Assembly (NCBI GenBank): GCA_013239625.1
Contig: MU053504.1
Location: forward strand, 932,001-996,000
Reading direction: 5' to 3'
Length of the DNA: 64,000 nucleotides
Origin: Lama guanicoe
Lineage: Eukaryota
The notes below the pieces were generated by a model. The model did no database searches. It was not told the origin of the DNA and saw only the letters and a list, made by a program, of their open reading frames with translations. Each line of letters begins with the position of its first letter. Within the stretch, counting starts at the first letter, position 1. Below are positions 62,390 through 64,000 of this stretch, one piece after another. Both the position numbers and the translations under genes were made by a program.

Positions 62390-64000
62390 TAACCATTATT
62401 ATTATTGTTATTACAGGCAGTCCAGGGGTGACAGAGATAGACAAGCAATCGGAGAGCTGGCAGAAGCATGGTGCTAGACGTGGAGGTAGATACAGAAGGT
62501 CAAGGAAATTGTGCCTGCTCTCAAAGATCTCACCACTAGACTGGGGAAATGAGAAAAATGCAGTGACAAATGAAACAATAATGCAAGTAATGAAGAAGGA
62601 ACCCCCTATAAAAGATGTTCCCAGGTCACACTGACACTCATACACACAGTTCAGGCATTGGAGCGAGCTCCACAGAGTAAGGATGGGAACTAATTCATCT
62701 CTGGCTGGGAATCAGCATAGCATCAACCCCAAGGAGATGCTCAGGTGCACACGCAGACATTTGTTACAGACAAATGTGGTTTGAGAAGTGTCTTGATAAA
62801 CTCTTGCAGGAAAGTCATGGCAGGGGTCATCGAGTTGGTCTGGTCTAGGATTCAGGTCTACCTGATGCCCAAGCCCCTGATCTTTCTATGACAACCCACT
62901 GTCTTCGCTGATTTCTCTCTACATCTTCACAAACTCTGAAGCAGAAGACGTGCTCATTCCGCACTGGTGGAGGGGATGGAAGGGTGGGCGGATGGCGGGT
63001 AGCAGAGCAATGAATGGATGATATATGAATGGGAGGTAGAGGGACAGTAGACAGATGAATGGATGGATTGAGGCTTGATAGCTGCGTAGCGGATGGATGG
63101 GTGGACAGGGGCTGGAAAAATGGTGTGGATGAGTAAGCTGGATAGTTGAAAGATGAAAGGATGATGAAGAGAAGGATGAGGGTGGATAAATGGACAGAGG
63201 TTCAGACTTGCTTTTAATTAAAATCTCATGAGGTATAACCTGTAGTTTGGGCAGTAGCCCAGGGTGAAGTGCAATCAAGTACAGTTAGGTACTTAACAGC
63301 TCAGTACTTCTTGTTAAATGACAGCTACTTCACAATATCTAAGCACTGTTGCTCAGTACTTACTATTTGCCAGAGCCTGTGCCAAGCCCTTTACAGGGAT
63401 CATCTTACAAAAGTCCCAAAGTCATTATGATTATACCCATTAGGAGCTAGAGCTTAGAGAGACATGTCTCCAAGGTGCACAGCATGTAACTGGCAGAACC
63501 AGGACTCAGACTCAGGCTGCTGAGAACTCCAAGCTCCTGTCTTAACCTCAGCGGTCAATTTCTGTGATTGACCTTTTTCTTCACAGAAGAGGCTCATAAC
63601 ACCAACTAGGCATCAGGAAATATTTCCCCAGGGAAGGAGACACCTGAACTGAGTCTTAAAGGCCAGGAGCCCAAAGGGCTTTCGGGGCAGAAAGGAGATG
63701 TACAAGCTCTTCCCACATGTGAGAGGGAAGCAGGAAAAAATACAAGACTGTAAAGACAGGCGAGGACAAAATCACGGAGGGTCTTGAATACCATAGATGG
63801 AATAATTAACAGTAATATTAGAAGTAATGAATACAGTGAGTCAAGCATTCCACCAAGTACTTTTACTTGTATTAGCTCCTCCATCCTCTCAAATATGTGA
63901 GATTAATTGCCACTGTTACCCTGATTTGAGAACGCTGAGCCTGTGATTTAGTAACTTACTGAAGGTTTTACCACTAATAAGTGGCAAAGTCAAGACTCGA

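Overview
Mammalian, repeat-rich genomic window containing the complete prodynorphin gene (PDYN) on the minus strand. Five copies of a tRNA-derived SINE resembling the camelid Vic-1 family suggest a camelid genome (inference). All four exons can be read from splice signals: exon 1 ~27990-27840, exon 2 26546-26486, exon 3 17840-17696 and exon 4 16281-~14050. They encode a 256-aa precursor carrying alpha-neoendorphin, dynorphin A and dynorphin B/leumorphin. The window also holds the TATA/Inr/CCAAT promoter, a DRE-like element, two RE1/NRSE sites, CTCF, RFX and AP-1 motifs, a full-length RPL17 retrocopy with an intact ORF, an ERV1-type solo LTR, a nested MaLR/ERVL LTR pair, a ~4 kb degraded L1 and many MIR/L2 fragments. 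I see no new multi-gene system. The most notable observations are: (1) dynorphin A reads ...KLKWNNQ instead of the conserved ...KLKWDNQ (D15N); (2) a basic KHPKK patch before alpha-neoendorphin creates an extra dibasic site and a bipartite-NLS-like pattern; (3) an NF-Y/octamer-rich solo LTR points antisense into PDYN; (4) two SINEs sit between three copies of one target site; (5) the RPL17 retrocopy appears young and coding-intact. Repeat family names and comparisons with other species come from memory, not from a database search.
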